Assembly: GCA_963828165.1 (NCBI GenBank)
Contig: CAWHDR010000001.1
Location: forward strand, 2,816,001-2,880,000
Direction of reading: 5' to 3'
Source: an uncultured Chloroflexia bacterium
Lineage (GTDB): Bacteria > Chloroflexota > Limnocylindria > Limnocylindrales > CSP1-4
DNA length: 64,000 nt
Under the pieces are notes generated by a model that worked only from the letters and a program-made list of their open reading frames with translations, ran no database searches and was not told the DNA's origin. Position numbers and translations under genes: made by a program. Positions 9,036-19,120 of the stretch are shown piece by piece. Position 1 is the first letter of the stretch. Every line of letters starts with the position of its first letter.

Positions 9036-9467
9036 ATGGATTGGAAGCTCGAGCTCGTCGTCGTCCCCGTGTCGGACGTCGACCGTGCGAAACGGTTCTA
9101 TGCGGAGCAGCTGGGCTTCGTCGTCGACGTCGACGACAGTCCGATGGAAGGGTTCCGCGTCGTCCAACTGACGCCGCCCGGATCCGCCTGCTCCATCTCG
9201 ATCGGCCAGGGACTCACCGAGGCTGTGCCGGGCACCCTGCAGGGCATGCAGCTCTGCGTCGGTGACATCGAAGCCGCCCACGCCGAGCTCGTCGAGCGTG
9301 GGGTGGATGTCACGCCGATCCGCCACGTCGATCGGGAGCAGGGAGGCTGGGCGGACGGCAAGGGCGGCGTCTACAACTCGTTCATCTTCTTCAAGGATCC
9401 CGATGGCAACGGCTGGGCCATCCAGGAGAGCCCGCTGCTCGGGGGCGAGGGCGCCCAGGGCCGATGA
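9036..9467 (+). CDS. VOC/glyoxalase family protein
   Basis: VPVSDVDRAKRFY, QLTPPGSACSI, FKDPDGNGWAIQE; AGGAGA RBS. Confidence 0.9.
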   Translation: MDWKLELVVVPVSDVDRAKRFYAEQLGFVVDVDDSPMEGFRVVQLTPPGSACSISIGQGLTEAVPGTLQGMQLCVGDIEAAHAELVERGVDVTPIRHVDREQGGWADGKGGVYNSFIFFKDPDGNGWAIQESPLLGGEGAQGR

Positions 9468-9628
9468 CGGACAGGACCCGGATCGACGCGATCCTCACCG
9501 CGCTCCCCGCGGACCAGCGGGCGGCCCTGCAGGATCTGCGCGAGACGATCGCACAGACGGCCACGGACAGGAGGATCGTGCGTGCCCGGATGGCCGAGAC
9601 GGACGCGCGCTGGGGCAGCCGGACCTGA
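9464..9628 (+). pseudogene. Internally deleted DUF1801/YdhG-like gene (54 aa remnant)
   Basis: N-terminus IDAILTALPADQRAALQDLRETIA joined directly to C-terminal-like RRIVRARMAETDAR; core missing; ATGA overlap with the VOC gene. Confidence 0.6.
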
Positions 9629-9630
9629 CC

Positions 9631-10185
9631 GTGCCCGATTCGGCGACGGTCCGCAGAGCCAACACGGAGGACCTGACCGCGCCCGAGATCGCGGCGATCC
9701 GCAAGATGCTGATTGATGCGTTCGGGTCGGACGAGGACGAGGCCTTCACCGACGACGACTGGGAGCACGCGATCGGGGGCCTGCATTTCGTCGTCGCTCT
9801 GGAGGGCGCGATCGTCGCCCACGCGTCCGTCGTGGAACGGCAGCTGCATGTCGACGGACGCGCCATCAGGACGGGCTACGTCGAAGCCGTCGCGACCGCA
9901 CCCGACCACCAGGGGGCAGGCTTCGGGTCGCTCGTCATGACGGAGGCAAATGCCTACATTCGCGGGGCGTTCGAGCTGGGGGCGCTCGGCACGGGACGGC
10001 AGGCGTTCTATGAGCGGCTGGGTTGGCGGACGTGGACCGGGCCGTCGGGCGTGCGCACGACCGACGGGGTACGCCCGACGCCCGAGGACGACGGCTACCT
10101 CATGGTGCTCACGACGCCCACGTCGCCGCCGCTCGATCTGAATGGGACCATCATCTGCGAGTGGCGCCCCGGCGACGTCTGGTGA
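9631..10185 (+). CDS. aac(2'): Aminoglycoside 2'-N-acetyltransferase AAC(2')-I family GNAT
   Basis: FTDDDWEHAIGG, AHASVVER, GYVEAVA, WTGPS...TPEDDG and terminal WRPGDVW match the mycobacterial AAC(2')-I pattern. Confidence 0.8.
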   Translation: MPDSATVRRANTEDLTAPEIAAIRKMLIDAFGSDEDEAFTDDDWEHAIGGLHFVVALEGAIVAHASVVERQLHVDGRAIRTGYVEAVATAPDHQGAGFGSLVMTEANAYIRGAFELGALGTGRQAFYERLGWRTWTGPSGVRTTDGVRPTPEDDGYLMVLTTPTSPPLDLNGTIICEWRPGDVW

Positions 10186-10236
10186 GGCGCGGAGCGGTGT
10201 AGGATTCTGATCCCTGAAAGGTTGGAGGAGACCATC

Positions 10237-11709
10237 ATGGGCCAGATCCATCGCCGTCGATTCCTGCAGGGCGCTGCGGTCGCTGTCGGCGCTGCCGCCT
10301 TGGGTGGTCCGTTCCAGGGCTTCACCGCACTCGGCGCCGGCGCAGGCGCCACACCGGCGTTCCGGCGCCTCCGGGCGATCCCGGATCTGCGCGACGGACA
10401 GGTTCGGTTGTGGCTGCCCGATGGATTCGCCTATCGATCGTTCCACGACACCGAGTTCCCCGTGGTCCTCGACGACGGCACGAACCTGCCCGGCCGTCAC
10501 GATGGCATGGGTGCCTTTCCAGCCGAGAACGGCAACGTGATCCTCGTTCGGAATCACGAGGTGAACAATCCGGGCCCGGCCTTCGGAGACGCCAGCCTCG
10601 CCTACGATCCCATGGCCCAGAGCGGTACGACCACCATCGAGGTCACGCCCCAGGGTGAGGTCGTCCACGCGTTCACGAGCCTCAACGGGACCCAGATGAA
10701 CTGCTCTGGCGGACAGATGCCATGGGGCAGCTGGATCACCTGCGAGGAGACGATCAACGGTCCTGACGTCGGCCCCGACTTCACGGGTGTCTCCAACATC
10801 CCCCTCACCCAGCCGCACGGGTTCATCTTCGAGGTTCCCGCCGGTGGTCAGTCGGATCGCCAGCCCGTGACCAGGGCCGGCCGATTCGCCCACGAGGCCG
10901 TTTCGTTCGACCCCAAGGACGGGATCCTCTATCTGACCGAGGACAACTTCGGCTTCCCGTCGGGCTTCTTCCGATACATCCCGGGCGAGAACCCGATGGA
11001 GACCGGGTCGCTCGACAACCAAGGACGGCTCCAGATGCTCGCGGTCGTGGGTCAGCCGAACGCCAACCTGGCCGCCGAACAGCCGCAGCGCGCGACATAC
11101 CGTGTCGAATGGGTCGACATCGACGATCCGGACCCGTCGTTCCCGTACACGCCGGGGCAGACCGCACCCACGGCCAACGACACGGCCATCCGCTACGTGG
11201 GTGACCAGGGCCGTGCGCAGGGCGCGGCGTACTTCTCGCGGCTCGAAGGCTCCGTCCACGACAACGGCGTCGTGTACTTCTGCTCGACGCAGGGCGGCGG
11301 CCCCGCCGAGACGTCGCTCGGGCCGATCGCCGACGGGTTCGGCAACGGGACGGGCCAGATCTGGGCCTACCACACCCGGTCGGAGAAGCTGCAGCTCCTC
11401 TACCAGTCGCCGGGCGCGGATACGCTCGACTTCCCGGACAACGTCACCGCCAGCCCACGCGGCACGCTGATCCTGTGCGAGGACAACGTCAACGACAACT
11501 ATCTGCGCGGTCTGTCGCGCGGCGGGCAGCTGTCTGACGTGGCACTGAACCGCATGGTCAGCCAGCTGGGAACCAGGCCATCGCGGTTCAACGACGAGTT
11601 CGCCGGATCCACCTTCAGCCCGGACGGCGGGACGCTCTTCGTGAACATCCAGGCATCGCGTGGCATCTCCTACGCGATCTGGGGTCCCTGGGAGCGGATC
11701 GGGGTCTGA
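10237..11709 (+). CDS. phoX: PhoX-family alkaline phosphatase (DUF839), Tat-exported
   Basis: RRRFLQ twin-arginine signal; HDGMG, VRNHE, NCSGG.MPWGSWITCEE, GRFAHEA, PDN, EFAG motifs. Confidence 0.9.
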   Translation: MGQIHRRRFLQGAAVAVGAAALGGPFQGFTALGAGAGATPAFRRLRAIPDLRDGQVRLWLPDGFAYRSFHDTEFPVVLDDGTNLPGRHDGMGAFPAENGNVILVRNHEVNNPGPAFGDASLAYDPMAQSGTTTIEVTPQGEVVHAFTSLNGTQMNCSGGQMPWGSWITCEETINGPDVGPDFTGVSNIPLTQPHGFIFEVPAGGQSDRQPVTRAGRFAHEAVSFDPKDGILYLTEDNFGFPSGFFRYIPGENPMETGSLDNQGRLQMLAVVGQPNANLAAEQPQRATYRVEWVDIDDPDPSFPYTPGQTAPTANDTAIRYVGDQGRAQGAAYFSRLEGSVHDNGVVYFCSTQGGGPAETSLGPIADGFGNGTGQIWAYHTRSEKLQLLYQSPGADTLDFPDNVTASPRGTLILCEDNVNDNYLRGLSRGGQLSDVALNRMVSQLGTRPSRFNDEFAGSTFSPDGGTLFVNIQASRGISYAIWGPWERIGV

Positions 11710-11718
11710 GGGTCTCCC

Positions 11719-12036
11719 TCAGCGCGCCTTCGTCGCGGAGAGATACAGCGGCTCGCCCGTGTCGTCGGGGATGCGCAGGATGTGGCGCACGGGCGGCGCG
11801 CCTGGGTCGGACCCGACTGCCGTCCGGGACATGACGTCGTTCACACCGGGCGGCCACCACTCGAACGGCCGTCCGGCCGGGGTCGTGTGGATCTCGGGCG
11901 GGAGGTCGAGCTCGTCGATGTAGAGGGCTCGCCCGTCATGCGGCTCGCCGACCAGGGTCACCCGGATCAGGCCACCGCGCCCGTCGATCCGCGTCTTGAA
12001 CTCGGCCGGCTTGGGAAGGAATTCCTCGGCTGTCAT
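11719..12036 (-). CDS. Hypothetical protein (105 aa)
   Basis: TAGAAT box 8 nt before ATG; coding-like GC3 bias. Confidence 0.6.
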   Translation of the reverse strand: MTAEEFLPKPAEFKTRIDGRGGLIRVTLVGEPHDGRALYIDELDLPPEIHTTPAGRPFEWWPPGVNDVMSRTAVGSDPGAPPVRHILRIPDDTGEPLYLSATKAR

Positions 12037-12109
12037 GAGGAGGCATTCTAGGTCGTCATCGAGGGCGTTGGGCTCAGGAGCGTGGCCGGTCCCGACCCGA
12101 GAGTGTTGA

Positions 12110-13213
12110 TCAGCCGGCGTCGACCGTCGGGCCGACCGTCTCGCGCGCCCACGGCATGAGCGTGGGCGGCACGAAGGTCGAGGCGATCTCGATCCGCCGC
12201 CCACCCTCGGTCATGGAGGTCGCAGCCGCCTCGAGGATCTCGACGACGTGGGCGGCCTGTTCACCGCTGGCCCGGTGTGGTCGATCCTCCGCGATCGCCG
12301 CGGCCATCTCGGCGACGCCGCGGGCCCACGCCGTCCCGCGAAACCCGGGCCGAACCAGGTCCACGGCCTCGTAGTCCTCGCCGTAGGCTCCGAGCTCGAC
12401 CGTGGCGTCGAAGTCCTGGAAGCTGCCGAGTGCCAGGGACGCGTCGTCACCGTGGAATTCGATGCTGCCGGTGAGCTTGGTCGGACGCCCGACGTAAAAG
12501 CTCGCACCGAGCCGGACGACGGCGCCACCATCGAGCTCGATCGCCGCCACGATGAGATCCGGGCTGCCGATCCGGAAGGGTGCCCCGTCGATCGTCACGC
12601 GATCCGGCTTCAGGCCCCAGCCCCATGCCTGGACCGCCCGGGCGCGCCCCAGCATCGTGGTCACGAGCGTGATCGGGTAGACGCCGACATCCACGAGCAC
12701 GCCGACATCGAAGAACGGCGCGGGGGCGGGGTGCCACGTCTCGATCCGACCCCAGTTCACCTCCGCGTAGACGGCCCGCACCTTGCCGAGGCGACCGGTC
12801 TGGATCATCGCGGCGGCCGTCTGCTGCGCCTCCCCGAGGAACGTGGCCGGTGAGCAACCCAGGCGGAGGCCCAGCTCCGCGGCGACCCGGACGAGCTCGT
12901 GCGCCTCGTCCGCCCGCAGCGCCAGCGGCTTTTCGCTGTACACGTGCCGACCCGCCTCGAGGGCGCGCTTCGTGACCTCGTGATGGGCGTGGTGGATCGT
13001 GAGGTTGACCACGATGTCGACCTCCGGGTCCGCCAGGAGATCGTCGAGCGAGGCGTGGGCACGGCAGGCGTGCTCCGTCGCGAAGGCGGCCGCACGCTCG
13101 GGATCCAGGTCCGCCGCGGCGACCAGCCGGATCTCCGGGTGCGTGCTGGCATCACTCGCATACCCGCCTGCGATGTTGCCCGTTCCGATGATGCCGATAC
13201 CGAGGGGTGTCAT
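12110..13213 (-). CDS. Gfo/Idh/MocA family oxidoreductase
   Basis: GIIGTGNIA Rossmann motif, HVYSEKPLA, DVGVY. Confidence 0.9.
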   Translation of the reverse strand: MTPLGIGIIGTGNIAGGYASDASTHPEIRLVAAADLDPERAAAFATEHACRAHASLDDLLADPEVDIVVNLTIHHAHHEVTKRALEAGRHVYSEKPLALRADEAHELVRVAAELGLRLGCSPATFLGEAQQTAAAMIQTGRLGKVRAVYAEVNWGRIETWHPAPAPFFDVGVLVDVGVYPITLVTTMLGRARAVQAWGWGLKPDRVTIDGAPFRIGSPDLIVAAIELDGGAVVRLGASFYVGRPTKLTGSIEFHGDDASLALGSFQDFDATVELGAYGEDYEAVDLVRPGFRGTAWARGVAEMAAAIAEDRPHRASGEQAAHVVEILEAAATSMTEGGRRIEIASTFVPPTLMPWARETVGPTVDAG

Positions 13214-13254
13214 GGAGCAGAGGCTACGTCAGTTGGATGCCCTATCGTGCGCGG
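13214..13254. promoter_or_regulatory. Back-to-back divergent leaderless promoters
   Basis: Minus strand TAGCCT + 7 nt + ATG (13213); plus strand TATCGT + 6 nt + ATG (13255). Confidence 0.55.
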
Positions 13255-14007
13255 ATGCGACACGACCAGATCGCGCTGCAGCTCTACACGGTTCGCGGAC
13301 TGATGGCCAAAGACCTGCCCGGAACCCTCCAGGCGGTTTCCGAGGCAGGCTACCGGGCGGTCGAGCTCGCAGGGTTGCCAGAGATCGCGCCCGCTGCGCT
13401 CGCTGCGTTGCTGAACAAGATGGGGCTGCGCGCCATCGCCTCGCACGAGGGCGTCGAGCGACTCCGGGACGACGTGACGGCCGTCGCCGAGCGGCTGGCC
13501 GAGCTGGGCTGCCCGCGCGTGATCGTGCCCTGGATGCCGGAAGAGGATCGTCAGACGGCCGACGACGTGCGCCGCTTCGCCGCCGAGCTTGGTCGGTTCG
13601 CCACGGATTTCGCGAGCCATGGGATCCGGCTCGGATATCACAACCACGATTTCGAGTTTGCGGCGCTGGGCGGGACAACGGTGTGGGACGTTCTGCTGGA
13701 CGAGCTATCACCTGACGTCGAGATCGAGCTGGACGTGTACTGGGCGGCCTTCGGTGGCCGCGATCCGGTGTCGGAGATCCGGGCGACGAGTGACCGCGTG
13801 CGCCTCCTCCACATGAAGGACCGAGCAACGGGTCCTGAGCGCCGCGACGCCCCGGCTGGGGAGGGGACCCTGCCCTTCCAGACGATGGTGGAAGCGGGCC
13901 GATCCGCCGGCGTCGAGTGGTACGTCGTCGAGCAGGACGTGCCACGCGACCCGTTGCGCGACATCGCGAGCGCCTATCGGTTCCTGCGCTCGCTCGCCGG
14001 CGAATGA
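13255..14007 (+). CDS. Sugar phosphate isomerase/epimerase (xylose isomerase-like TIM barrel)
   Basis: IALQLYTVR, GYHNHDFEF, ELDVYW, LHMKD, VVEQD. Confidence 0.9.
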   Translation: MRHDQIALQLYTVRGLMAKDLPGTLQAVSEAGYRAVELAGLPEIAPAALAALLNKMGLRAIASHEGVERLRDDVTAVAERLAELGCPRVIVPWMPEEDRQTADDVRRFAAELGRFATDFASHGIRLGYHNHDFEFAALGGTTVWDVLLDELSPDVEIELDVYWAAFGGRDPVSEIRATSDRVRLLHMKDRATGPERRDAPAGEGTLPFQTMVEAGRSAGVEWYVVEQDVPRDPLRDIASAYRFLRSLAGE

Positions 14008-14017
14008 GCACCGAGCC

Positions 14018-14287
14018 GTGAGCGAGTTCATCCGACGCCTGCTCGGCGGCGACCGACCGCCAGGCGATGCCCCGAAGCCGTCGACCGAAACCATCGTCCC
14101 GACAGTGGCGGCCGAGACGGCGGACGTCGACGCCGCCGAGCGTGCACACGAGCTTGACCTGCTCCGCGAGGAGCAGGCGCGCCTCGACGACCTGGCACAA
14201 CGCCAGCTCAAGTACGCGCACTACTCCTGGGAGCCACCGCGGCAGGGTGGCGAACGCCGCGCCGACGACGTCGACGAGACGTCGTAA
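14018..14287 (+). CDS. Hypothetical protein (89 aa)
   Basis: Follows the isomerase by 10 nt; coiled-coil-like central segment. Confidence 0.6.
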   Translation: MSEFIRRLLGGDRPPGDAPKPSTETIVPTVAAETADVDAAERAHELDLLREEQARLDDLAQRQLKYAHYSWEPPRQGGERRADDVDETS

Positions 14288-14294
14288 CCGCCGA

Positions 14295-14741
14295 TCAGTT
14301 CGTCAGCCGGCCCTCGTAGACGTCGATGATCCCGACGGCCGTGCTCGTCCCGACCAGGGACCCACCGCCCCGCAGGCCGGTGTAGTCACCGGTCCCACCG
14401 ACGACGGCAAAGCCACCGACCGTACCCGTGCCATCCGGCGAAGCCCCGGCGTTGACCCGGATCTGGAAGGTGCCCGACCCGTCATCGCAGGTCAGGGTCT
14501 TGACCAGGTGGAAGGTCGCGGCGCCGCGGCCCATGCGGCCAAATCCGGCGGCGAACACCGGATCGGTCACGGCCGTCCCGGATTCGCAGAGGACGCCACC
14601 GGTGGCCGTGAACTCCTCCGAGACCTCGAACACGATGTCGATCGTCAGGACGGTCTGCGGTGGGGCTGCGGCGCTCGCTACCGGCGCCACGAGGAGGGCA
14701 AGCAGCAGGCCGATCGTCGATCCGAGTCTGAGGATGCGCAT
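14295..14741 (-). CDS. Secreted beta-rich hypothetical protein
   Basis: Signal peptide ending ASA-A; GGTGDYTGLRGGG motif typical of small beta-barrel secreted proteins; GGGAGAG RBS. Confidence 0.7.
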   Translation of the reverse strand: MRILRLGSTIGLLLALLVAPVASAAAPPQTVLTIDIVFEVSEEFTATGGVLCESGTAVTDPVFAAGFGRMGRGAATFHLVKTLTCDDGSGTFQIRVNAGASPDGTGTVGGFAVVGGTGDYTGLRGGGSLVGTSTAVGIIDVYEGRLTN

Positions 14742-14863
14742 GGCGTCTCTCCCGTCCGGGCTTCGGAGCGCTCCGTGGCCCCGACCACCTACTCCATAGG
14801 CGTTCGAACAGCCCAAACGGTTCTCTTTTCGGGTCGAGCATCGCGGGTGGCACAATGCCCGGC

Positions 14864-16841
14864 ATGACGGACGTCAAGCCGCCGACCTTCAGCCCGCACG
14901 CGGACCCGCTCCGGGCCGGTCGTGACGCGTTGGCCCGGCATGCGTGGCTGGAAGCGTTCGAACAGCTGTCGCTGGCCGATCGCGACGGCGGATTGTCGGC
15001 GGGCGCCGACCTCGAGGCGCTCGCCCTGGCCTCGTTCTTCGGCGCCCATGCGGAGGGCGAGCTCACGGCCAAGGAACGGGCGTTCAAGGCGTACGAGGCG
15101 GAGGGGAACGAGCTGCGTGCGGCCTACCTGGCGATCGACATCGCCCGTTGGTACGGCTACGAGGGCAAGTTTTCGATCGCCTCCGCGTGGAAGCGCCGTG
15201 CGGAGCGGCTCATCGGTCTCGAAGGCGAGACCTACGCGCACGGTTACCTGGCACTGATCGCCAGCGAGGCGGCCGGGGCGATGGGCGATCCCGACACGGC
15301 GCTGGCCCTCGCCGAGCGCGCGGTCGAGATCGGCAAGGCTGCCGACGATGCCGACCTGACGGCGTACGGACTGACGAACCTGGGTGCACTCAAGATCGCC
15401 TCGGGCGCGACCGTCGACGGTTTGAACCTCATGGAGGAGGCGTCGATCGCTGCCGTCAACGGCGACCTCTCGCCGTTCACTAGTGGCGTGACGGCGTGCC
15501 GGATGATCGGCGCCTGTCGCGACCTGACGGACTACCGCCGTGCGAGCGAATGGATCGAGGCGACCGAGAAGTACTGCGACCGGCAGTCGGTCTCCGGCTT
15601 CCCCGGCATCTGCCGCGTCCACCGCGCCGAGGTCTCGGTCATCGGCGGGGCCTGGGACCAGGCGGAGCAGGACCTGGAGCGGGCCACGGTCGAGCTCGGC
15701 GCGTACAACGCCACACCGCCCCAGGCTGACGGGTTCTACGCGATCGGCGACGTCCGGCGGCTCAAGGGCGATTTCGAGGGCGCCGAGGCAGCGCTCCGCG
15801 AAGCCCATGCCCGCGGCCGGTCGCCGCAGCCGGCGCTTGCCCTCGTTCGCCTGGCGGAGGGCAAGGTCAAGGCGGCTTCGGCGGCCATCAACGCCGCCCT
15901 GGCCGAGGAGACGTGGGATCGCTGGGCACGAGCGCGACTCTTGCCGGCCCAGGCGGAGATCGCGATCGCGGCCGGCGACATCGCGCTCGCTCGAACAGCG
16001 GTCGATGAGCTGGTCGGAGTGGTTTCTGGGTACCCATCGCCGGCGCTCGAGGCGGGCCGCCAGACGGCACTCGGCCGCGTGCTCGTCGCGGAGGGCGACT
16101 TTCCCACGGCGACTCGGGAGCTGCGCGGCGCGATCAAAGGTTGGCGCGAGGTGGGTGCCCCGTACGAAGTCGCTCGGGCGAGGGCCGTGCTGTCGAAAGC
16201 GCTCCGAGCCATGGGCAACGAGGACGACGCCGAGCTCGAGCTGCGCGCGGCGCTCGACGAGTTCCGCCGGCTCGGCGCCCGCGTCGATGTCGAAGGGGCC
16301 GAACGCGAGCTCCGCGAGGCTGAGGACCGCCGGACCGGGCCGCAGAGTGCCACGAAGACCTTCATGTTCACCGACATCGTCGGTTCGACCAACCTTGCGG
16401 AGATGCTGGGAGACAAGGCCTGGGAGCGACTGCTTGCGCTGGCACGACGACATGCTCCGAAGGCTTGTGGCCAGCGGGGGAGGGGAGGTCGTCAATTCCA
16501 CCGGCGACGGCTTCTTCGTGGCCTTTGACGCTGCTCGATCGGGTGTCGACTGTGCCATTTCCATCCAGCGGGCCCTGGCCGATCATCGCGACAGCACGGG
16601 TTTCGCGCTGTCCGTTCGCATCGGCCTCCACACCGCCGAGGCCAACCGGCGCGGGACGGATTACAGCGGCACGGCGGTCCACGTCGCCGCGCGCGTCGCG
16701 GCACTGGCCGTGGGCGGGGAGATCCTCGCGACGGCCGAGACCCTGGCCGATGCCGGGACCGTTTCGACCTCCGGTGCCCGGTCGGCATCGGTCAAGGGCG
16801 TGACGGCCCCCGTCGACGTGGCAGCGATCGCCTGGTCCTAG
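14864..16841 (+). CDS. TPR-like helical domain + class III adenylate/guanylate cyclase (one +1 frameshift near 16436)
   Basis: FMFTDIVGST in one frame continues as WHDDMLR...NSTGDGFF...RIGLHTAE...VHVAARV in another; paralog of 28628..30592. Confidence 0.85.
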
Positions 16842-16887
16842 CAGCCAACGCGGCCTTGGCGGCCGCCGTCGGCGTATCGTGGACACC

Positions 16888-17586
16888 ATGGCCAAGGCGA
16901 CGGACAACGACGACTCCCTCAAGCGCCTCGGTGGCGGGCGCTGGCAGACGCGCGACGAGCAATTCACGATCGAGCCGCAGTCGGGCACCTGGGTCGTGGT
17001 CGATGCCGAGCAGACCGACGATCTCGGGTTGCCGCTGGTCCGTGGGCCCTTCGGCAGCCTCGGCGCCGCGAAGGCAGGGATCGCGACGGCGCGGGACTCG
17101 GAACCGGCTGCCTCGCCCCTGGCCGCGAGGCTGCGGGACCGCCCGGCGAGCAAGTCGAGCAAGGACGACGACCAACCGCGCAAGAACGGGGCAGCGGGAG
17201 CCAAAGCGGCCGCTGATTCTGCCTCGCCCGCGAAACCCGCCAAGGCCGCCAAGGCCGCCAAGCGCCCCGAGCCCGAGCCGCCCGCAGAGCCACGTTGGAT
17301 CCAGGCCCTGGAACCTGCCGATCGGCGGCGTGCGAAACGGATGATCGACGCGCTCGCGGAGGCCGGCGCATCCGACCCGGAAGGGATCGCGCGACGCGAC
17401 ATCGTCGGCGAGGTCCCGGCCGCGGCCGCCTTCGCCATCGCGCGCGCGCTCAAGGAGCTGGGTGACGACGCCTCCCCGCTGGAGGTTGCCCGGCTGCTCG
17501 GGGGAGGCCGCGACGAGGGACTCGGTGTCCGGTGGCGTCTGGTCGACGCCGACGACCGGCCGATCACGCTCGATCTCGAGGCCTGA
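16888..17586 (+). CDS. Hypothetical two-domain protein with Ala/Lys/Pro-rich linker
   Basis: TATCGT box 7 nt upstream; AKPAKAAKAAK linker. Confidence 0.7.
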   Translation: MAKATDNDDSLKRLGGGRWQTRDEQFTIEPQSGTWVVVDAEQTDDLGLPLVRGPFGSLGAAKAGIATARDSEPAASPLAARLRDRPASKSSKDDDQPRKNGAAGAKAAADSASPAKPAKAAKAAKRPEPEPPAEPRWIQALEPADRRRAKRMIDALAEAGASDPEGIARRDIVGEVPAAAAFAIARALKELGDDASPLEVARLLGGGRDEGLGVRWRLVDADDRPITLDLEA

Positions 17587-17589
17587 GCG

Positions 17590-17838
17590 ATGGATGAGTT
17601 CCTGTCCACGAAGGAGATGGGCTGGGTGCTGGGTAGATCGGCGGGTAGCGTCCGCGACATGATCCGCGACGGCGAGATCGAGGGTGTCCGCCTGCCCGAG
17701 GGCTTTCGGGTCCCGAAGGCCGAGGCCCTGCGAGTGGCGCGCGAACGGATCGAGGCGGAGGCGGGCCGCAAGCTGTCCGATCGGGAGCTCGAGCGACTCA
17801 TCGACGAGGTCATCGCGACCAACGAGCAGCGTGCCTGA
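17590..17838 (+). CDS. Excisionase/MerR-like helix-turn-helix protein (HTH_17)
   Basis: FLSTKEMGWVLGRSAGSVRDMIRDGEIEGVRL...FRVP. Confidence 0.8.
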   Translation: MDEFLSTKEMGWVLGRSAGSVRDMIRDGEIEGVRLPEGFRVPKAEALRVARERIEAEAGRKLSDRELERLIDEVIATNEQRA

Positions 17839-19078
17839 CCCGGCCGGCCGCACGGTCACCTACCGCGTCCCTGGTGCCACGCTCACCGAGCGCGAGCACG
17901 ACGTGCCGCTCGATCACGCGCGCGCGGATGGGCCGCGAATCACGATCTTCACCCGCGAGGTGGCCGCGCCGGACGGTGGCGACCGTCCGTACCTGCTCTT
18001 CCTCCAGGGCGGACCGGGTTACGAGGCGACCCGACCCACGAGTCCACCGACCGGCTGGATGAAGCGCGCGCTGGCCGACTACCGGGTGTTGTTGCTCGAC
18101 CAGCGTGGAACGGGGCGATCGACGCCGGTCGGTTCCCAGATCCCGGGCGACACGCCGGAAGGACAGGCGTCGTACCTGACGCATTTCCGCGCCGATTCGA
18201 TCGTGCGCGACGCGGAGCATGTCCGCCGGGAGCTCGGTGTGGACCGCTGGAGCGTGCTCGGCCAGAGCTTCGGTGGCTTCACCACGATGACGTACCTGTC
18301 GATCGCGCCCGAGGCGCTCCGCGAAGCCTTCATCACGGGCGGCCTGTCGCCCATCGGCCGGCCGGTCGACGACATCTACGGCGCGACCTACCGGCGTCTG
18401 ATCGTGGCGAACCGGCGCTACTTCGAGCGCTACCCGGACGATCGGGCACGAGTCGACGAGATCCTGCGCCGACTGGAGGACGAGGACGTGCGTCTCCCGT
18501 CCAGCGACCGGCTCACGGCTCGCCGGTTCCGCCAGCTCGGGATGTGGCTGGGCGACAGCGCCGGCTTCGAGCTCCTGCACCACGTGATCGAGCTGCCGTT
18601 CGCCTCACCCGCGTTCCTGCACGACGCCGAGGCTGGCGTCCGGTTCGGCCGCAACCCGATCTACGCGACCCTGCACGAGTCGTCGTACGCCGACGGCGTG
18701 GCGACACGCTGGTCGGCGGAGCGCCTGCTGCCGGACGAGATCACGGCCCAGGGCTCCTTCACGGCCGAGCACGTCTTCCCCTGGATGTGGGAGGACTACG
18801 GGGGACTTCGCGATCACCGCGCCGCCGCCGAGCTACTCGCGGAGCATGCGTGGCCCGCGCTGTACGACGCCGATCGGCTGCGGCACAACGAGGTCCCGGT
18901 CGCGGCCACGATCTACGTCAACGACCTGTACGTCGAGCGCGACTTCGCCGAGGAGACCGCCGCGACGATCCGCGGTCTGCGGACGTGGGAGACCGACGAG
19001 TTCGAGCACAACGGCCTGCGCGCCGACGGCGAGCGGGTGCTCGGCCGATTGATCGACCTGGTGCGCGGACGAGCCTGA
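17831..19078 (+). CDS. Proline iminopeptidase (alpha/beta hydrolase, S33)
   Basis: FLQGGPG, LLDQRGTGRS, RADSIVRDAE, GQSFGGF, D.YV, EHNGLR. Confidence 0.9.
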   Translation: MPDPAGRTVTYRVPGATLTEREHDVPLDHARADGPRITIFTREVAAPDGGDRPYLLFLQGGPGYEATRPTSPPTGWMKRALADYRVLLLDQRGTGRSTPVGSQIPGDTPEGQASYLTHFRADSIVRDAEHVRRELGVDRWSVLGQSFGGFTTMTYLSIAPEALREAFITGGLSPIGRPVDDIYGATYRRLIVANRRYFERYPDDRARVDEILRRLEDEDVRLPSSDRLTARRFRQLGMWLGDSAGFELLHHVIELPFASPAFLHDAEAGVRFGRNPIYATLHESSYADGVATRWSAERLLPDEITAQGSFTAEHVFPWMWEDYGGLRDHRAAAELLAEHAWPALYDADRLRHNEVPVAATIYVNDLYVERDFAEETAATIRGLRTWETDEFEHNGLRADGERVLGRLIDLVRGRA

Positions 19079-19120
19079 TCGCGCGCTGATTCAGGGCCGC
19101 TCATCGCGACGGACATGGAA

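Noticed and set aside
9391-11373. Long antisense ORFs (660 aa here; also 14789..16564, 55530..57323, 53986..55413, 60490..61833)
   Set aside because: Shadow ORFs opposite well-supported genes, expected at high GC3; no recognisable motifs
17590-17838. Excisionase-like HTH as evidence of a prophage or ICE
   Set aside because: No integrase, phage or conjugation genes, and no att repeats; embedded in an operon with a peptidase
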